Source: an uncultured Chryseobacterium sp.
GTDB taxonomy: Bacteria > Bacteroidota > Bacteroidia > Palsa-965
DNA length: 64,000 nucleotides
Direction: 5' to 3'
Assembly: GCA_966211705.1 (NCBI GenBank)
Contig: CBIHOC010000016.1
Location: 44,081-108,080 of the forward strand
Every line of letters starts with the position of its first letter. The first letter of the stretch is position 1. The position numbers were made by a program, and so were the translations under genes. The notes below the pieces were generated by a model. That model did not search any database and was not told the DNA's origin. It worked only from the letters and a program-made list of their open reading frames with translations. This document shows, in pieces, positions 8,986-19,798 of this stretch.

Positions 8986-9576
8986 TTATTTCACCACGAT
9001 CTGCTTCGCGTAGAGCTCTTGCTCCGAACAGCCGACGATCGTATAAATGCCGCGGCTGAGCAGCGGGTCCGGGTTGTTGCACTGGATCGGGTCGCCGGCG
9101 GCGTCCACTTCCACTTTGGAATAGAATTCATCGCCTCCCGCGCTGCGTACGATGATGAGCACCGATTTATCGCGGAAGCCGTTGGTATTCGCCTGGGAAG
9201 GAACGGGCGAGATGGGGTTTCCGCCGCCGTCGTATTTCACCGGCACAACGTTCGAATAGCTGATGTTGCCGTTCGCATCGGTAAGCTTCAGGCGATACCA
9301 GGAAAGGCCTTCGTAAGGCATGAAGTCGGTTTCGATAAATTCCATGTTCGCATCAGCGCCCTGCACTTTCCCGAACGCAGTGAACTCGGAACCGTTCTTC
9401 GATTTCTCCAGCTCGTACAGTTGAACGCCGGGCTGTTCCGGGTTCCAGGAAAGTAAAACCTGCTTGTCGCGCGCAACCGCATTGAACGAAGTCAGCGTGA
9501 TGGAGGAGGCCGGCTCTTGCGCGGTGAGCGGCAGTGCGAGGGAACAGGCGAGCGCGAAAGAGAGAAGAATACGCAT
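8986..9576 (-). CDS. Secreted protein with an Fn3/Ig-like domain
   Basis: Signal peptide, then ITLTSFNA...VLLSWN...YELEKS...YRLK...YSNVV. Promoter box TAGCTTTG at 9603-9610. Confidence 0.72.
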   Translation of the reverse strand: MRILLSFALACSLALPLTAQEPASSITLTSFNAVARDKQVLLSWNPEQPGVQLYELEKSKNGSEFTAFGKVQGADANMEFIETDFMPYEGLSWYRLKLTDANGNISYSNVVPVKYDGGGNPISPVPSQANTNGFRDKSVLIIVRSAGGDEFYSKVEVDAAGDPIQCNNPDPLLSRGIYTIVGCSEQELYAKQIVVK

Positions 9577-9700
9577 GGGAGATTGATTATCAGGATGCTT
9601 AACAAAGCTAGTGAAAGCCGGATGCCACGCAAGTTTCGGTCAGCCCATTTTTTAACAGGAACGGCCGGCAACCAGGTGAAAAGCAAGACCAAAAGACATT

Positions 9701-9732
9701 TTTATCGACGAGCAATCGATTTTTGTCGACCA
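9701..9732 (+). promoter_or_regulatory. Direct repeat with 21-bp period (LytTR-like operator)
   Basis: TTTATCGAC at 9701 and TTTGTCGAC at 9722. A 15/16 match to 9701-9716 occurs at 27748. Confidence 0.4.
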
Positions 9733-9775
9733 ATGCATTTATTCGTATGTCCGTAACTGTTGAAAATCAATCGGA

Positions 9776-9851
9776 GGTAGTAGGACTTAGGTTTTAGGAC
9801 TTAGGAATTAGGAAGGGAGCCCGCACGACCTAAGTCCTAAGACCTAACACC
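9776..9851. repeat. TTAGG(AC/TC/TT) heptamer palindromic element (family 3)
   Basis: TAGGACTTAGGTTTTAGGACTTAGG...CCTAAGTCCTAAGACCTAACACC. Second copy at 21302. Confidence 0.85.
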
Positions 9852-9969
9852 TTCTTCCCGTTGAGAAATAATTCCTCCTTGTCCGCGTTATAATAAAGCC
9901 TCCGGGCACGGTTTATGCTTATCAATCTTTAACATGGACTTCTGCCCTTAAGGACGTAAATTTATAATC

Positions 9970-10845
9970 ATGACCCGCCGCCGCTACGTTTTCCTTATCG
10001 CCTTATTGATCATCGCCATTGTGCTTCCCGGCTGCCTGCACGACTTCCTGCTTTCCGACAGCAAGGTGGAGACGCATTACAGCAAAAAGCCCCGCAAGCC
10101 GAAGTTCCGCTTGTTCGAAGGAAAAAATGGCCGTCACGTTCACTACGCCGAAACCGGCTCCGACACGCTTCCCCTGGTCTTTTTTATCCATGGTGCGCCC
10201 GGTGCATGGCATTATTACATCAATTACCTTGACGACAGCACGCTGCTCACCCGCACGCACATGATTTCCGTCGATCGCCCGGGCTATGGCAAATCCGATT
10301 ACGGGAAACCCCTGACCAGCATCCGCGAGCAGGCGAGAATGTTCCACAACATCATCATGGAACGCAGCAACAACCAGCCGGTCATCCTCGTCGGAAGATC
10401 CTACGGCGGACCGATCGCAGCACGCATCGCCATGGATTATCCCCGCGACGTGGATGCGCTGGTCATGCTCGCACCCGCCCTCGATCCCGAGAAGGAAAAA
10501 TTCTGGTGGTTCAGCAAGCCCGCGAAGAGCACGATCGTGTCGTGGATGCTGCCGGATGCCGTCAACGTCGCCTCCGAAGAAAAATTTTCACACGTCAGAG
10601 AGCTGGAGGAAATGCTTCCGCTCTGGGACAGCATCTGTGTTCCTTCCACCGTAGTGCAGGGCAGCGCAGACCAGATCGTCGACACAGCGAATTTTTCTTT
10701 CGCAAAACGCAAGCTCCGCAACGCACGCAGCAAAAAATTCATCATGATCGAAGGGGCGGATCACTACATCTCCGATAAGCAGCCCGCCCTGGTCAGGGAG
10801 ATCATCATGGGCTACGCCGACTCACTGTACAGGCAGCCGCGTTAA
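9970..10845 (+). CDS. Alpha/beta hydrolase
   Basis: FIHGAPG oxyanion motif, GRSYGG nucleophile elbow, GSAD and ADHYI catalytic Asp/His. Confidence 0.88.
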   Translation: MTRRRYVFLIALLIIAIVLPGCLHDFLLSDSKVETHYSKKPRKPKFRLFEGKNGRHVHYAETGSDTLPLVFFIHGAPGAWHYYINYLDDSTLLTRTHMISVDRPGYGKSDYGKPLTSIREQARMFHNIIMERSNNQPVILVGRSYGGPIAARIAMDYPRDVDALVMLAPALDPEKEKFWWFSKPAKSTIVSWMLPDAVNVASEEKFSHVRELEEMLPLWDSICVPSTVVQGSADQIVDTANFSFAKRKLRNARSKKFIMIEGADHYISDKQPALVREIIMGYADSLYRQPR

Positions 10846-10905
10846 TTCCACGTGAAAATCACGCCCGGCTTCACGGCTGAAGCGTTTCCATCCTACCTTT
10901 GCCGC

Positions 10906-11901
10906 ATGCACAACAGGCTGATCTTTTCGCTGCTCTTTTTCTTTTCGTTTTCCGTTGCATACGCCGGCAAAGGCCAGCCCCCGGCCCGCATCGCGTTCTG
11001 GAACGTCGAAAACCTGTTCGACACGATCAACGATCCGAACATCAACGACGAAGAATTTCTGCCGGGCGGAAAAAAGAAATGGACGTCGGAACGCTACACG
11101 AAAAAGCTGGACGATCTTTCGAAAGTCATTCTCGCGCTTGGCGCCGGCGGGAAAGGACCCGACGTTCTCGGCATGGCGGAAGTGGAGAACAAGAACGTGC
11201 TCTCCGATCTCACACAGAAAACCGATCTGAAGAAGCAAGGCTACGGCATTGTCCATTACGATTCGCCGGACAAGCGCGGGATCGACGTGGCGATGATCTA
11301 TAAAATGAAAACGTTCAAAGTGCTCGGTTCGCAGACGATCAACGTTTCCGTTCCGCAGGATACGTTTTACACGCGCGACATCCTGCTGGTGAAAGGCGTG
11401 CTGGGGAAGAAGGACACGCTGTTCATTTTCGTCAACCACTGGCCTTCGCGCCGCGGCGGGCAGGAAGCGAGCGAAAACAAACGCATGCTGGCCGCCCGCA
11501 GCCTCATGCGCGCGTGCGACAGCATCTACGCCATCAACCCCAACGCGCAAGTGCTGGTCATGGGCGACTTCAACGACGAGCCTGTGAACAAGAGTATGCG
11601 CTACCTGTGTGAAAGTACCGGCTTCTTCAACCTGATGGACACATTGAAAGCGGCAGGCGAAGGTTCGTACCAATACAAAAAAGAACGCAACCTGCTCGAC
11701 CAGGTGCTGGTCACGCAAAGCCTGAGATCGAAAACGGGTTATTACGTCACACAGGCCGTCATCTTTAAACCGGAATGGATCACCGGCGTAAACTACAAAA
11801 ACGATCCGCCCGGGCCGTTGCATACGTATGCAGGCTCGCATTACATCGGCGGCTACAGCGATCATTACCCGGTGTACGCGGAGCTGGGGTTTGCAAAGTA
11901 A
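10906..11901 (+). CDS. Exported endonuclease/exonuclease/phosphatase family protein
   Basis: Signal peptide, WNVENLFD, NHWPSR, GDFND, DQVL and SDHYPV motifs. Start set at ATG 10906. Confidence 0.87.
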   Translation: MHNRLIFSLLFFFSFSVAYAGKGQPPARIAFWNVENLFDTINDPNINDEEFLPGGKKKWTSERYTKKLDDLSKVILALGAGGKGPDVLGMAEVENKNVLSDLTQKTDLKKQGYGIVHYDSPDKRGIDVAMIYKMKTFKVLGSQTINVSVPQDTFYTRDILLVKGVLGKKDTLFIFVNHWPSRRGGQEASENKRMLAARSLMRACDSIYAINPNAQVLVMGDFNDEPVNKSMRYLCESTGFFNLMDTLKAAGEGSYQYKKERNLLDQVLVTQSLRSKTGYYVTQAVIFKPEWITGVNYKNDPPGPLHTYAGSHYIGGYSDHYPVYAELGFAK

Positions 11902-11907
11902 GAGCGG

Positions 11908-13848
11908 ATGAGCAATTCCAGAGCTGAGCTTCGCCGTCTTGTCGATCTTCTCGCCATCGAGAAGGATGAAGACTACCGTCAATACGTTGCGCAATTCGAA
12001 CGTTGCAGCGTTACCGAACGCCGCAGGAACGGCGTGACGTGGTATCCCGTAAAGATCACGTCGGAAGAATTGGGCCCCGGCGACAACCTTATTATCGAGC
12101 TCGAACGCACGCAGGGATTGAGCGAGCTGCACCAGTTCGGCGGCGGAAAAAACATCGAGCTGTTCAGCAACTCCGGCGAAAAAGGCAGCGAGGGATGGAA
12201 ATTCCAGGGCACGATCAAGAACGTTTGGGGCAACCGCATGCGCATTTCTTTCAGCACCGACGAGCTTCCGGGCTGGGTGGAACGCGGGAAGATCGGTCTG
12301 AATTTGTTGTTCGACGAGAACAGCTATCGTGAAATGCTGATCGCGCTGCAAAAGGTGATCGACGCCGAACGCGGCCGCCTCGCGGAATTGCGGGAAGTGA
12401 TGTACGGCGAACGGAAAGCCGCATTCGGGAAGATCGATGAAAGCATTTCCATGCCGGGCCTGAACAAATTCCAGAACGACGCCGTGAAACGCATTGCCGC
12501 TGCGGAGGATGTTGCGCTGGTGCATGGACCGCCGGGCACAGGCAAAACAACGACGTTCATCCAGGCCATCCGCCACACGCTGCTGCACGAGAAACAGGTG
12601 CTCGTGTGCAGCCCGAGCAACATCGCCGTCGACCTGCTTACGGAGCGGCTGGTGCGGCAGGGTGTGTCGGTGCTGCGCCTCGGCAATCCAGCGCGCGTGT
12701 CCGAAGAGGTGATCAACAATACGCTCGACGTGCGAATGATGAATCATTCTTCGTACAAAGAATTGAAAGAGTACCGCAAGCGCGCCGAAGAATTTTTTGC
12801 GCTGGCGAAAAAATACAAACGCAGCTTCGGGTATGCCGAACGTGAACAGCGCAACCTGCTTTTCCAGGAAGCCCGGCAATTGCTGCGCGATGCGTCGACG
12901 CTCGAAGATTATATTCTGTGGGAGCAGTTCGATACCGCGCAGGTGATCGCCTGCACGCCGGTCGTTTCCTCCGGGAAGCTGATGCGCGACAAGCGTTTCC
13001 GCACCGTGTTCATCGACGAAGCCGCGCAAGCCCTCGAGCCGATGAGCTGGATCCCCATTTCGCGGGCCGAGCGGGTGATCCTCGCCGGCGACCATTGCCA
13101 GCTTCCGCCGACGGTGAAATCGAAAAAGGCGGAAGATGGCGGGTTGAAGTTCACGCTGTTCGAGCGCGTCGTAAAAACGCAGCCGCACGCAGCCGTGATG
13201 CTGCGCACGCAATACCGCATGCACGAGCAGATCATGCAATTCTCCAACCGCATGTTCTACGAAGGCAAGCTCGAAGCCGACGCCACGGTGGTCGACAGCC
13301 GCCTCAGCTACGACGAGCTCGACGATCTTTTGGTGAAGCCGGTAGAATTCATCGACACGGCCGGTTGCGGTTTTACCGAAGAGCAGAATCCCGAAACGCT
13401 CAGCATGAGCAATAAAGAAGAGGCCGAGCTGCTGCTGAAGCATTTGAGAAAAGTGATCGCGCAATACGACCGCCGTCCCGACGAGCCGCTGCGCATCGGC
13501 ATCATCGCGCCGTACAAACAGCAGACAGAATATTTAACGCAGCGTCTCCTGGAGCAGGAGTATTTCAAAGATTCCCCGCATCATTTTTCCGTCCGCACCG
13601 TCGACGGTTTCCAGGGGCAGGAGCGCGACATCATCTGCATCAGCCTGGTGCGCAGCAACGACAGCGGGGAGATCGGTTTCCTTGCCGACACGCGGCGGAT
13701 GAACGTAGCGCTGACGCGCGCGAAGCGAAAGCTGCTCGTGTTCGGCGACAGCGCGACGCTGGCGAACCATTCGTTCTACAAAACGTTCCTGGAATACATC
13801 GACGAGATCGGTGCGTACCGCAGCGCGTGGGAGTTTATGGCGGAGTGA
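11908..13848 (+). CDS. SF1 helicase, DNA2/NAM7 (IGHMBP2-like)
   Basis: HGPPGTGKT, IDEAAQ, GDHCQLPP, QYRM, TVDGFQGQE and RRMNVALTRAK motifs. Confidence 0.9.
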   Translation: MSNSRAELRRLVDLLAIEKDEDYRQYVAQFERCSVTERRRNGVTWYPVKITSEELGPGDNLIIELERTQGLSELHQFGGGKNIELFSNSGEKGSEGWKFQGTIKNVWGNRMRISFSTDELPGWVERGKIGLNLLFDENSYREMLIALQKVIDAERGRLAELREVMYGERKAAFGKIDESISMPGLNKFQNDAVKRIAAAEDVALVHGPPGTGKTTTFIQAIRHTLLHEKQVLVCSPSNIAVDLLTERLVRQGVSVLRLGNPARVSEEVINNTLDVRMMNHSSYKELKEYRKRAEEFFALAKKYKRSFGYAEREQRNLLFQEARQLLRDASTLEDYILWEQFDTAQVIACTPVVSSGKLMRDKRFRTVFIDEAAQALEPMSWIPISRAERVILAGDHCQLPPTVKSKKAEDGGLKFTLFERVVKTQPHAAVMLRTQYRMHEQIMQFSNRMFYEGKLEADATVVDSRLSYDELDDLLVKPVEFIDTAGCGFTEEQNPETLSMSNKEEAELLLKHLRKVIAQYDRRPDEPLRIGIIAPYKQQTEYLTQRLLEQEYFKDSPHHFSVRTVDGFQGQERDIICISLVRSNDSGEIGFLADTRRMNVALTRAKRKLLVFGDSATLANHSFYKTFLEYIDEIGAYRSAWEFMAE

Positions 13849-14235
13849 TCACTCCAATCCGAAATCTTTCTTCGCTTTATCCGTTTCCAGCTGGTACAGC
13901 AGCCAGCCGGAGATCAGCAATGACAATACAGCCATGCCGACTGCGCGCGGGGTGTTCATATCGCCGTAAGTGGTGCCGAGGTTGGGTATGATAAAAATCC
14001 CGAGCACTGCAACCACGAGGATGATCCACAGGATAACACGCGCGGAATGGTAGCCCCATTTTTTCCGGAACAGGAGACCGACGGAAATGACCAGCATGAT
14101 GACCGGGATGACAATTTCCACATAAGAGTGCCTGGGCGCTTCGCTGAACTTCAGCAGCTTGTAAATGGCAGGAAGGCCGAGGAAAAGCGCAGTGGAAACT
14201 CCTTTGTGCATGACGGAAGTTACAAAAACGGTCAA
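13849..14235 (-). CDS. Hypothetical membrane protein
   Basis: About four hydrophobic segments. Overlaps the upstream stop; the start could be 14211. Confidence 0.6.
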   Translation of the reverse strand: MTVFVTSVMHKGVSTALFLGLPAIYKLLKFSEAPRHSYVEIVIPVIMLVISVGLLFRKKWGYHSARVILWIILVVAVLGIFIIPNLGTTYGDMNTPRAVGMAVLSLLISGWLLYQLETDKAKKDFGLE

Positions 14236-15209
14236 TGCTCCCGCACCATCAGCGCATCCACGAATCCACGGATCATCGTTTTCCCGCTTTCATCGCCTTG
14301 CACGCTTTCGAGCGCCCGGACGCCTTCTTTGTAATGGCGATCCATTTCCGCTTCTGCCTGTTTCCGTACGTCCAGCGCATCGTACAACGCTTTCACGCCG
14401 CTCACTTTTTCCGCAGCGTCCTTTTCGCGCACAAGCATCCAGTTCTGCAGCTCTTCTTTCTGGTAACCGTTCGCATTCTCCAGCGCTTTCAGCAGGAGAT
14501 ACGTTTTTTTATTCGACACGATATCGCCGCCCACCTGCTTCCCGAACTTTTCCGAATCGCCGTACACGTCGAGGATGTCGTCCTGCAGCTGGAACGCGAT
14601 GCCGATGTGGCGACCGAATTCGTATAATTTTTTTCCTTCCGTTTTATCCGCTCCCGCGCACAGCGCGCCGATCTCCAGGGAAGCAGCCAGCAGCACCGCC
14701 GTCTTCAGGCTGATCATGTCGAGGTATTCTGAGATGGAAACCTTCGGCCGCGTTTCGAAATCCATGTCGAGCTGCTGGCCCTCGCACACGTTCAGCGCCG
14801 TGGCCGTGAAAATTTCCAGCACGTTCGCCAGCGCTTCTTTCGGGCTCATCGCCACCTGCCGGAACGCTTCGGTGTACATCGCGTCGCCGCTGAGGATCGC
14901 GACGCTGCTGTTCCACTTCGCGTGCACCGTCGGTTTCCCGCGGCGCAACGGGGCGTTGTCCATGATGTCGTCGTGCAGCAACGTAAAGTTGTGGAACAGC
15001 TCGATGCCGGTTGCGGCAGGAACTGCGCAGCTGACATCATTGCGAAAAAGTCCTGCGCCCATCAGCGTCAGCAGCGGGCGCATGCGTTTGCCGCCGTGTG
15101 CAAGCGTGTAGCGGATCGGTTCGTAAAGGCTGGCGGGCGACGCAGGCAAAGCGGCCGTGAACCGCGAAAACGATTCTTCGATCAGCTGCTGGTACTGCCT
15201 GGTGTCCAC
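14232..15209 (-). CDS. Polyprenyl diphosphate synthase
   Basis: GGKRMRP, first DDxxD (HDDIMD) followed by RRG, LKTA, and second DDxxD (QDDILD). Confidence 0.93.
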   Translation of the reverse strand: MDTRQYQQLIEESFSRFTAALPASPASLYEPIRYTLAHGGKRMRPLLTLMGAGLFRNDVSCAVPAATGIELFHNFTLLHDDIMDNAPLRRGKPTVHAKWNSSVAILSGDAMYTEAFRQVAMSPKEALANVLEIFTATALNVCEGQQLDMDFETRPKVSISEYLDMISLKTAVLLAASLEIGALCAGADKTEGKKLYEFGRHIGIAFQLQDDILDVYGDSEKFGKQVGGDIVSNKKTYLLLKALENANGYQKEELQNWMLVREKDAAEKVSGVKALYDALDVRKQAEAEMDRHYKEGVRALESVQGDESGKTMIRGFVDALMVREH

Positions 15210-15211
15210 GG

Positions 15212-16171
15212 TCAGAGGATATAAGATGTGTCGGCGAGAATGCGGCGGATGCCTTCTTCGAGGGGAACAAGCTCGCGATGAAGAAGCTGCTTCATCTTCG
15301 TGACGTCGGGTTTCCTGCGCGACATGTCGCCTTCTTTCAACGCAGGACCGTGGATGATGTCGGAAGATGAGCCGGTGAGGCGGAGGATCGTTTGCGCCAG
15401 CTCGATGATCGTCGTTTCAATTTCACTGCCGATGTTGATCACCTCGTCGACGGACTTTTCGCTGCTGAACGCCTGCACGCACGCATCGACGTTGTCGTCG
15501 ACGTAGCAGAAGGTCCGCGTCTGGCTCCCATCCCCGTTGATCACGATCGGCTCGTTCTTCAGCGCGGCGCGGATGAAGCGGGAGATGACAAAGTCGGGAC
15601 TTTGTTTGGGGCCGTATGTATTGAAGAAGCGAAAGATCGTGTAGCTGAGGCCGTATTCTTTACGATACGCTTTGAGATACGCTTCACCTGCGTTTTTTAC
15701 GATGGCGTAAGGAAGGCGTGAATTGAGCGGCGTCGTTTCTTCGTTCTGCGGGTATTCCACGGGCTCGCCGTACACTTCGGAGGAAGAGGAAAAAAATATA
15801 CGCTTCACGCCGGACGTCGTCGACAGGTTCAGGATGTGGCGGATGCCGTTCATGTCCTGCATGACCATCAGCGGGTGATCGAGCGTGCGCTGAACGCCGA
15901 CGACAGCAGCGTAATGGAAAACGTAAGCGAAACGGTGCGCCAGGAAAACGTCGGTGATCTCGCTGAAGTTGTTGACATCGGCTTTGATGAACTCGATGTT
16001 GCCGTGCGGAGATTTCGGCACCTTGCTGAGATTTCCCGTGAGCAGGTTGTCGACAACAACGACAAAGTTTTGCGGGTCGGCAGCGAGCTTCTCCGCCATG
16101 CAGCTGGCGATAAACCCGGCCCCGCCCGTGATCAGAATTTTTCGTTTGTTCCCGGCAGCTTTCATGTTCAC
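15212..16171 (-). CDS. NAD-dependent epimerase/dehydratase (UDP-glucuronate decarboxylase-like)
   Basis: [16 protein letters not shown], YxxxK (YAIVK), RFFNTYGP and GDGSQTRTF motifs. Confidence 0.88.
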   Translation of the reverse strand: MNMKAAGNKRKILITGGAGFIASCMAEKLAADPQNFVVVVDNLLTGNLSKVPKSPHGNIEFIKADVNNFSEITDVFLAHRFAYVFHYAAVVGVQRTLDHPLMVMQDMNGIRHILNLSTTSGVKRIFFSSSSEVYGEPVEYPQNEETTPLNSRLPYAIVKNAGEAYLKAYRKEYGLSYTIFRFFNTYGPKQSPDFVISRFIRAALKNEPIVINGDGSQTRTFCYVDDNVDACVQAFSSEKSVDEVINIGSEIETTIIELAQTILRLTGSSSDIIHGPALKEGDMSRRKPDVTKMKQLLHRELVPLEEGIRRILADTSYIL

Positions 16172-17028
16172 TTTACAAGGTTAAGCAGGTATTGGCCGTA
16201 GCCGCTCTTCAGCAACGGCGCTGCAAGCGCGCGCAGCCCGCCTGCGTCGATAAAGCCCATGCGGTACGCCACTTCCTCGATGCAGCCGATCTTCCATCCC
16301 TGGCGTTCCTCGATGACCTGCACGAATTGCCCGGCCTGCTGCAGCGATGCGAATGTGCCCGTGTCGAGCCATGCCGTTCCGCGTGCGAGAATGCCGACTT
16401 TCAGCTTTCCCGCCTCGAGGTATTTTTTGTTGACGTCCGTGATCTCGTATTCGCCCCGCGCGCTCGGCTCCAGGTTTTTGGCAATCTCCACCACGCTGTT
16501 GTCGTAGAAATAAAGTCCCGGCACCGCGTAGTGCGATTTCGGCTTCGCCGGTTTTTCTTCGATGGACAAAACTTTTCCGGTAGCGTCAAATTCCACCACG
16601 CCGTAACGTTCCGGGTCGCTCACGTGGTACGCAAACACCACGCCGCCTTCGGGATCGTTGTTCTCCTGGAGCAAGCCGCCGAGGCCCGCGCCGTAAAAAA
16701 TATTGTCGCCGAGGATCAGCGCCACTTTGTCCTTCCCGATAAATTTTTCCCCGATCACGAATGCCTGCGCGAGCCCGTTGGGAACGACCTGCTCTTCATA
16801 GGTAAACGAGCAGCCGAGCTGTTTGCCGTCGCCGAGCAACCGGCGGAAGTTCGGAAGATCGAGCGGCGTGGAAATGATCAGGATCTCGCGTATGCCCGCC
16901 ATCATCAGCACCGACAGCGGGTAGTAGATCATCGGTTTGTCGTAAACCGGCATCAATTGCTTGCTTACGGCAAGCGTCAGCGGGTGAAGACGTGTGCCGG
17001 AGCCGCCGGCGAGAATGATTCCTTTCAT
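16168..17028 (-). CDS. rfbA: Glucose-1-phosphate thymidylyltransferase
   Basis: [33 protein letters not shown] and WLDTGT motifs. Confidence 0.96.
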   Translation of the reverse strand: MKGIILAGGSGTRLHPLTLAVSKQLMPVYDKPMIYYPLSVLMMAGIREILIISTPLDLPNFRRLLGDGKQLGCSFTYEEQVVPNGLAQAFVIGEKFIGKDKVALILGDNIFYGAGLGGLLQENNDPEGGVVFAYHVSDPERYGVVEFDATGKVLSIEEKPAKPKSHYAVPGLYFYDNSVVEIAKNLEPSARGEYEITDVNKKYLEAGKLKVGILARGTAWLDTGTFASLQQAGQFVQVIEERQGWKIGCIEEVAYRMGFIDAGGLRALAAPLLKSGYGQYLLNLVK

Positions 17029-17037
17029 GACAGTGTT

Positions 17038-17251
17038 CGGTTGTCAGTTGTCCGGGGTTGCCGGTTATCTGTTGTCAGTTGTCAGTTGCCGGTTGTCCGG
17101 GGTTGCCGGTTGTCCGGGGTTGTCGGTTGTCCGGGGTTGTCGGTAATCGGTTGTCAGTTGTCGGTCTGAGCGACAGTCAAAGACTGACAACCGATTACCG
17201 ACAACCGAAGCGGCGCAGCCGCGACCGACAACCCCGGACAACCGGCAACCG
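17038..17251. repeat. GGTTGTC/GACAACC heptamer-based palindromic array (family 5)
   Basis: Left arm of GTTGTCA/GTTGTCCGGG/GTTGCCG units (17038-17165), inverted right arm (17183-17251) with an internal GCGGC-GCA-GCCGC hairpin. Confidence 0.9.
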
Positions 17252-17254
17252 TTT

Positions 17255-19798
17255 TTAATCTTCCTTCGGTTGATCGGTGCGGATCGTGAGTTTCTCATAA
17301 TCGATATCTTCTTCTTCGTCGAAGATATTGATGAGCGGTTCTTTCACAAGGGCTTTTGTCGCGGCGCGTTTTTCCAGCGAGAGCAGGATGCACGGGAGCA
17401 GGATCAGGTTCGTTGCGAGCGAGACGATGAGCGTGATCGAAAGCAGGATGCCGAGCGCCACGGTTCCGCCGAAGCCGGATAAAATGAAGATGGCGAAGCC
17501 GAAGAAGAGGATCGTATTCGTGTAGATCATGCTCACGCCGGTTTCATGAATGGCGCGGGACACGGCTTTGGACGCGTTGGCCGGGGAAAGACGGCGCAGC
17601 TGCTGGCGGTATTCGGTGAGAATGTAGATCGTGCCGTCGGAAGCGATGCCGAACGCGATCGAGAAAATCAGGATCGTCGACGATTTGAATGGGATGCCGA
17701 GGAAGCCCATGATGCCGGCGGTGATGACGAGCGGGATCAAACACGGAAGTTTCGACAGCACGATGATCCACACCGAACGGAACAGCACCATGCCGAGCAG
17801 GAGAATGAGAACGATCGCGATGAGAAGGCTCACGAAGAGGTGATGCAGCATGTAATCGAAGCTGCGCAGGAACATCAGCGAGAAACCGGTCAGCTGCACG
17901 TTGTATTGTGAAGCGGGGAACAGCGAATCGATCTGCGGCTGAAGTTTCGCGACGATGCGTTCGGCGCTGTCGGAGCCGACGTCGGCCATCTGGAAGCTGA
18001 CGCGCGTGTTTCGGAATGACGTGTCGAGGAACGACGACAGCTTTTCCTGCTGAAAGCTCGAGAGTTTACCGGAATCGTTCTTCGGCTTGAAATATTCGCC
18101 GAGCTTGCTCATGTCGCTGAGGTTGTTCGGCAGGCGGTACATTTTCGGGTGGCCGCGCTTCAATGCCTGGTTGGCGAATTTCACCGCTTCCACCACCGAA
18201 ACCGGGCGTGAAAATTCCGGCCGGGCCTGCACGATGCGCTGGAGCGAATCGATCTGGAAAAGGATGGAGCCTTCGAGGTCGAAAATGTTTTTCGGCGCCA
18301 GCGTATCGAACGTGTAATGTTTGCGGATCACAGCCTCCATCGTGTCGCTGTTGATCTTTTTCGCAGCTGCGATGATGCCATCGAGCTCCTTCGGCGTAAC
18401 GATTTCTTTGACCTCGATCGCCACTTCGAAGGGAACGATGCCGTGAAAATGGCTTTCGAAAAATTTCAGGTCGGTGTAGATCGGGTCGTTCTTCGGCAGG
18501 TCATCCACGACATAACCGTTGACCCGGATTTTGGTAAAGCCGAAGATCGACACGACGGTCACGATCCCAACGCCGAGATAGATGACGCGCCGGTGCTGGT
18601 GCGCAAGACGGTCGATCACATCCATCAGCTTCATGATGCGTTTGCCGCTCAGGTGCTTCATCTGCTTCGGCTTCGGTGTCGGCAGGTAGCTGAAGATGAT
18701 CGGCGTAAGCACCAGCGCGATCGCATACGTGGTCATTACGTTGATCGCAGCCACGACGCCGAATTCCACGAGCATGCTGCTGTTGGTGAAATAGAACACG
18801 CCGAAACCGATGGCCGTCGTGATGTTGGCAAGGAAATTCGACAAACCCACTTTCTGTACCATGCGCGCCAGCGCTTTGGTTTTGTTGCCGTGGGCCAGCA
18901 GCTCTTCCTGGTATTTGTTGATGAGAAAAATGCAATTCGGTATGCCGATGATGACGATCAGCGAGGGAATGAGACCGGTGAGGACGGTGATCTTGTACCC
19001 GAGCAGCCCGATCGTTCCCACCGACCAGACCAGGCCGACGATCACGACGATGAGCGAGAAGAACACGGCGTTAAAATAGCGGAAGAAAATGAAGAGGATG
19101 AGCCCGGTGATCAGCACGGAGAGCACGAGGAACAAGGTCGATTCGCCGGAAATTTTGCGCATGTACTCCGACCGGATCCAGGGCATGCCGGAGTAATGCA
19201 TCTCTTCGTTGTGCTTTTGCGCAAATGCTTCCGTTTGTTCGTGAATCTCTTTCACGATGCTCATCCGGTCTTCCGAATTCAGCGACGACTGTTTGAACGT
19301 GATGAGCATGGTCGTCACCATCGAATCCTTGTTGAGGATCAGTCCGTCATAGAACGGCCGCTTGTAGATATGGTCGCGGATGCTGTCCACTTCCTGCTGT
19401 GTCTGCGGGCGGCGGGAAACGATCTGCTTCACGTCGAATTTTTCGAGGCTGTCATTTTCGGAAAGGTCGTACAGTCGCGCGGTGGACATCACTTCCTGCA
19501 CGCCGTCGATCTTGCGGATGGCTTCGGTGAGGTCGTACCAGCCCTGGTATTTCGCGAGCCGGAACATGGACGAGTCCCTGAACCCGATCACCATCACGTT
19601 GCCGTCTTCCCCGTAGCGCGCTTTGAATTCCTCGTACGCCTGGTATCTCGGGTCGTCCATCGGCAGCACGCGGGCGTATTTATAGGAAAGCTCGAGCTTG
19701 CTTGCCGCCTGCCATCCCATAAAAACCGTGACAAGCAACATCACGATGAGGATCGAAACGCGGTTTCGCAGGATAAGGTGCGATAAATTAGCCCACAT
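17255..19798 (-). CDS. MMPL/RND family transporter
   Basis: 847 aa in two repeats of TM + periplasmic loop + TM bundle; GIASDGTIY and TTAIGF motifs. Confidence 0.88.
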   Translation of the reverse strand: MWANLSHLILRNRVSILIVMLLVTVFMGWQAASKLELSYKYARVLPMDDPRYQAYEEFKARYGEDGNVMVIGFRDSSMFRLAKYQGWYDLTEAIRKIDGVQEVMSTARLYDLSENDSLEKFDVKQIVSRRPQTQQEVDSIRDHIYKRPFYDGLILNKDSMVTTMLITFKQSSLNSEDRMSIVKEIHEQTEAFAQKHNEEMHYSGMPWIRSEYMRKISGESTLFLVLSVLITGLILFIFFRYFNAVFFSLIVVIVGLVWSVGTIGLLGYKITVLTGLIPSLIVIIGIPNCIFLINKYQEELLAHGNKTKALARMVQKVGLSNFLANITTAIGFGVFYFTNSSMLVEFGVVAAINVMTTYAIALVLTPIIFSYLPTPKPKQMKHLSGKRIMKLMDVIDRLAHQHRRVIYLGVGIVTVVSIFGFTKIRVNGYVVDDLPKNDPIYTDLKFFESHFHGIVPFEVAIEVKEIVTPKELDGIIAAAKKINSDTMEAVIRKHYTFDTLAPKNIFDLEGSILFQIDSLQRIVQARPEFSRPVSVVEAVKFANQALKRGHPKMYRLPNNLSDMSKLGEYFKPKNDSGKLSSFQQEKLSSFLDTSFRNTRVSFQMADVGSDSAERIVAKLQPQIDSLFPASQYNVQLTGFSLMFLRSFDYMLHHLFVSLLIAIVLILLLGMVLFRSVWIIVLSKLPCLIPLVITAGIMGFLGIPFKSSTILIFSIAFGIASDGTIYILTEYRQQLRRLSPANASKAVSRAIHETGVSMIYTNTILFFGFAIFILSGFGGTVALGILLSITLIVSLATNLILLPCILLSLEKRAATKALVKEPLINIFDEEEDIDYEKLTIRTDQPKED

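Noticed and set aside
1373-13464. Long antisense ORFs (1373-3226, 3377-4549, 10822-13464) and similar ones opposite other genes
   Set aside because: These are shadow frames expected from GC-rich codon bias; they carry no motifs and fully overlap well-supported genes.
10906-13848. Nuclease-helicase pair as a defence system
   Set aside because: The nuclease has a signal peptide while the helicase is cytoplasmic, and both have host-like composition.
17058-17298. GCRLSVV / RQPTTDN repeat ORFs
   Set aside because: They are translations of the heptamer array.
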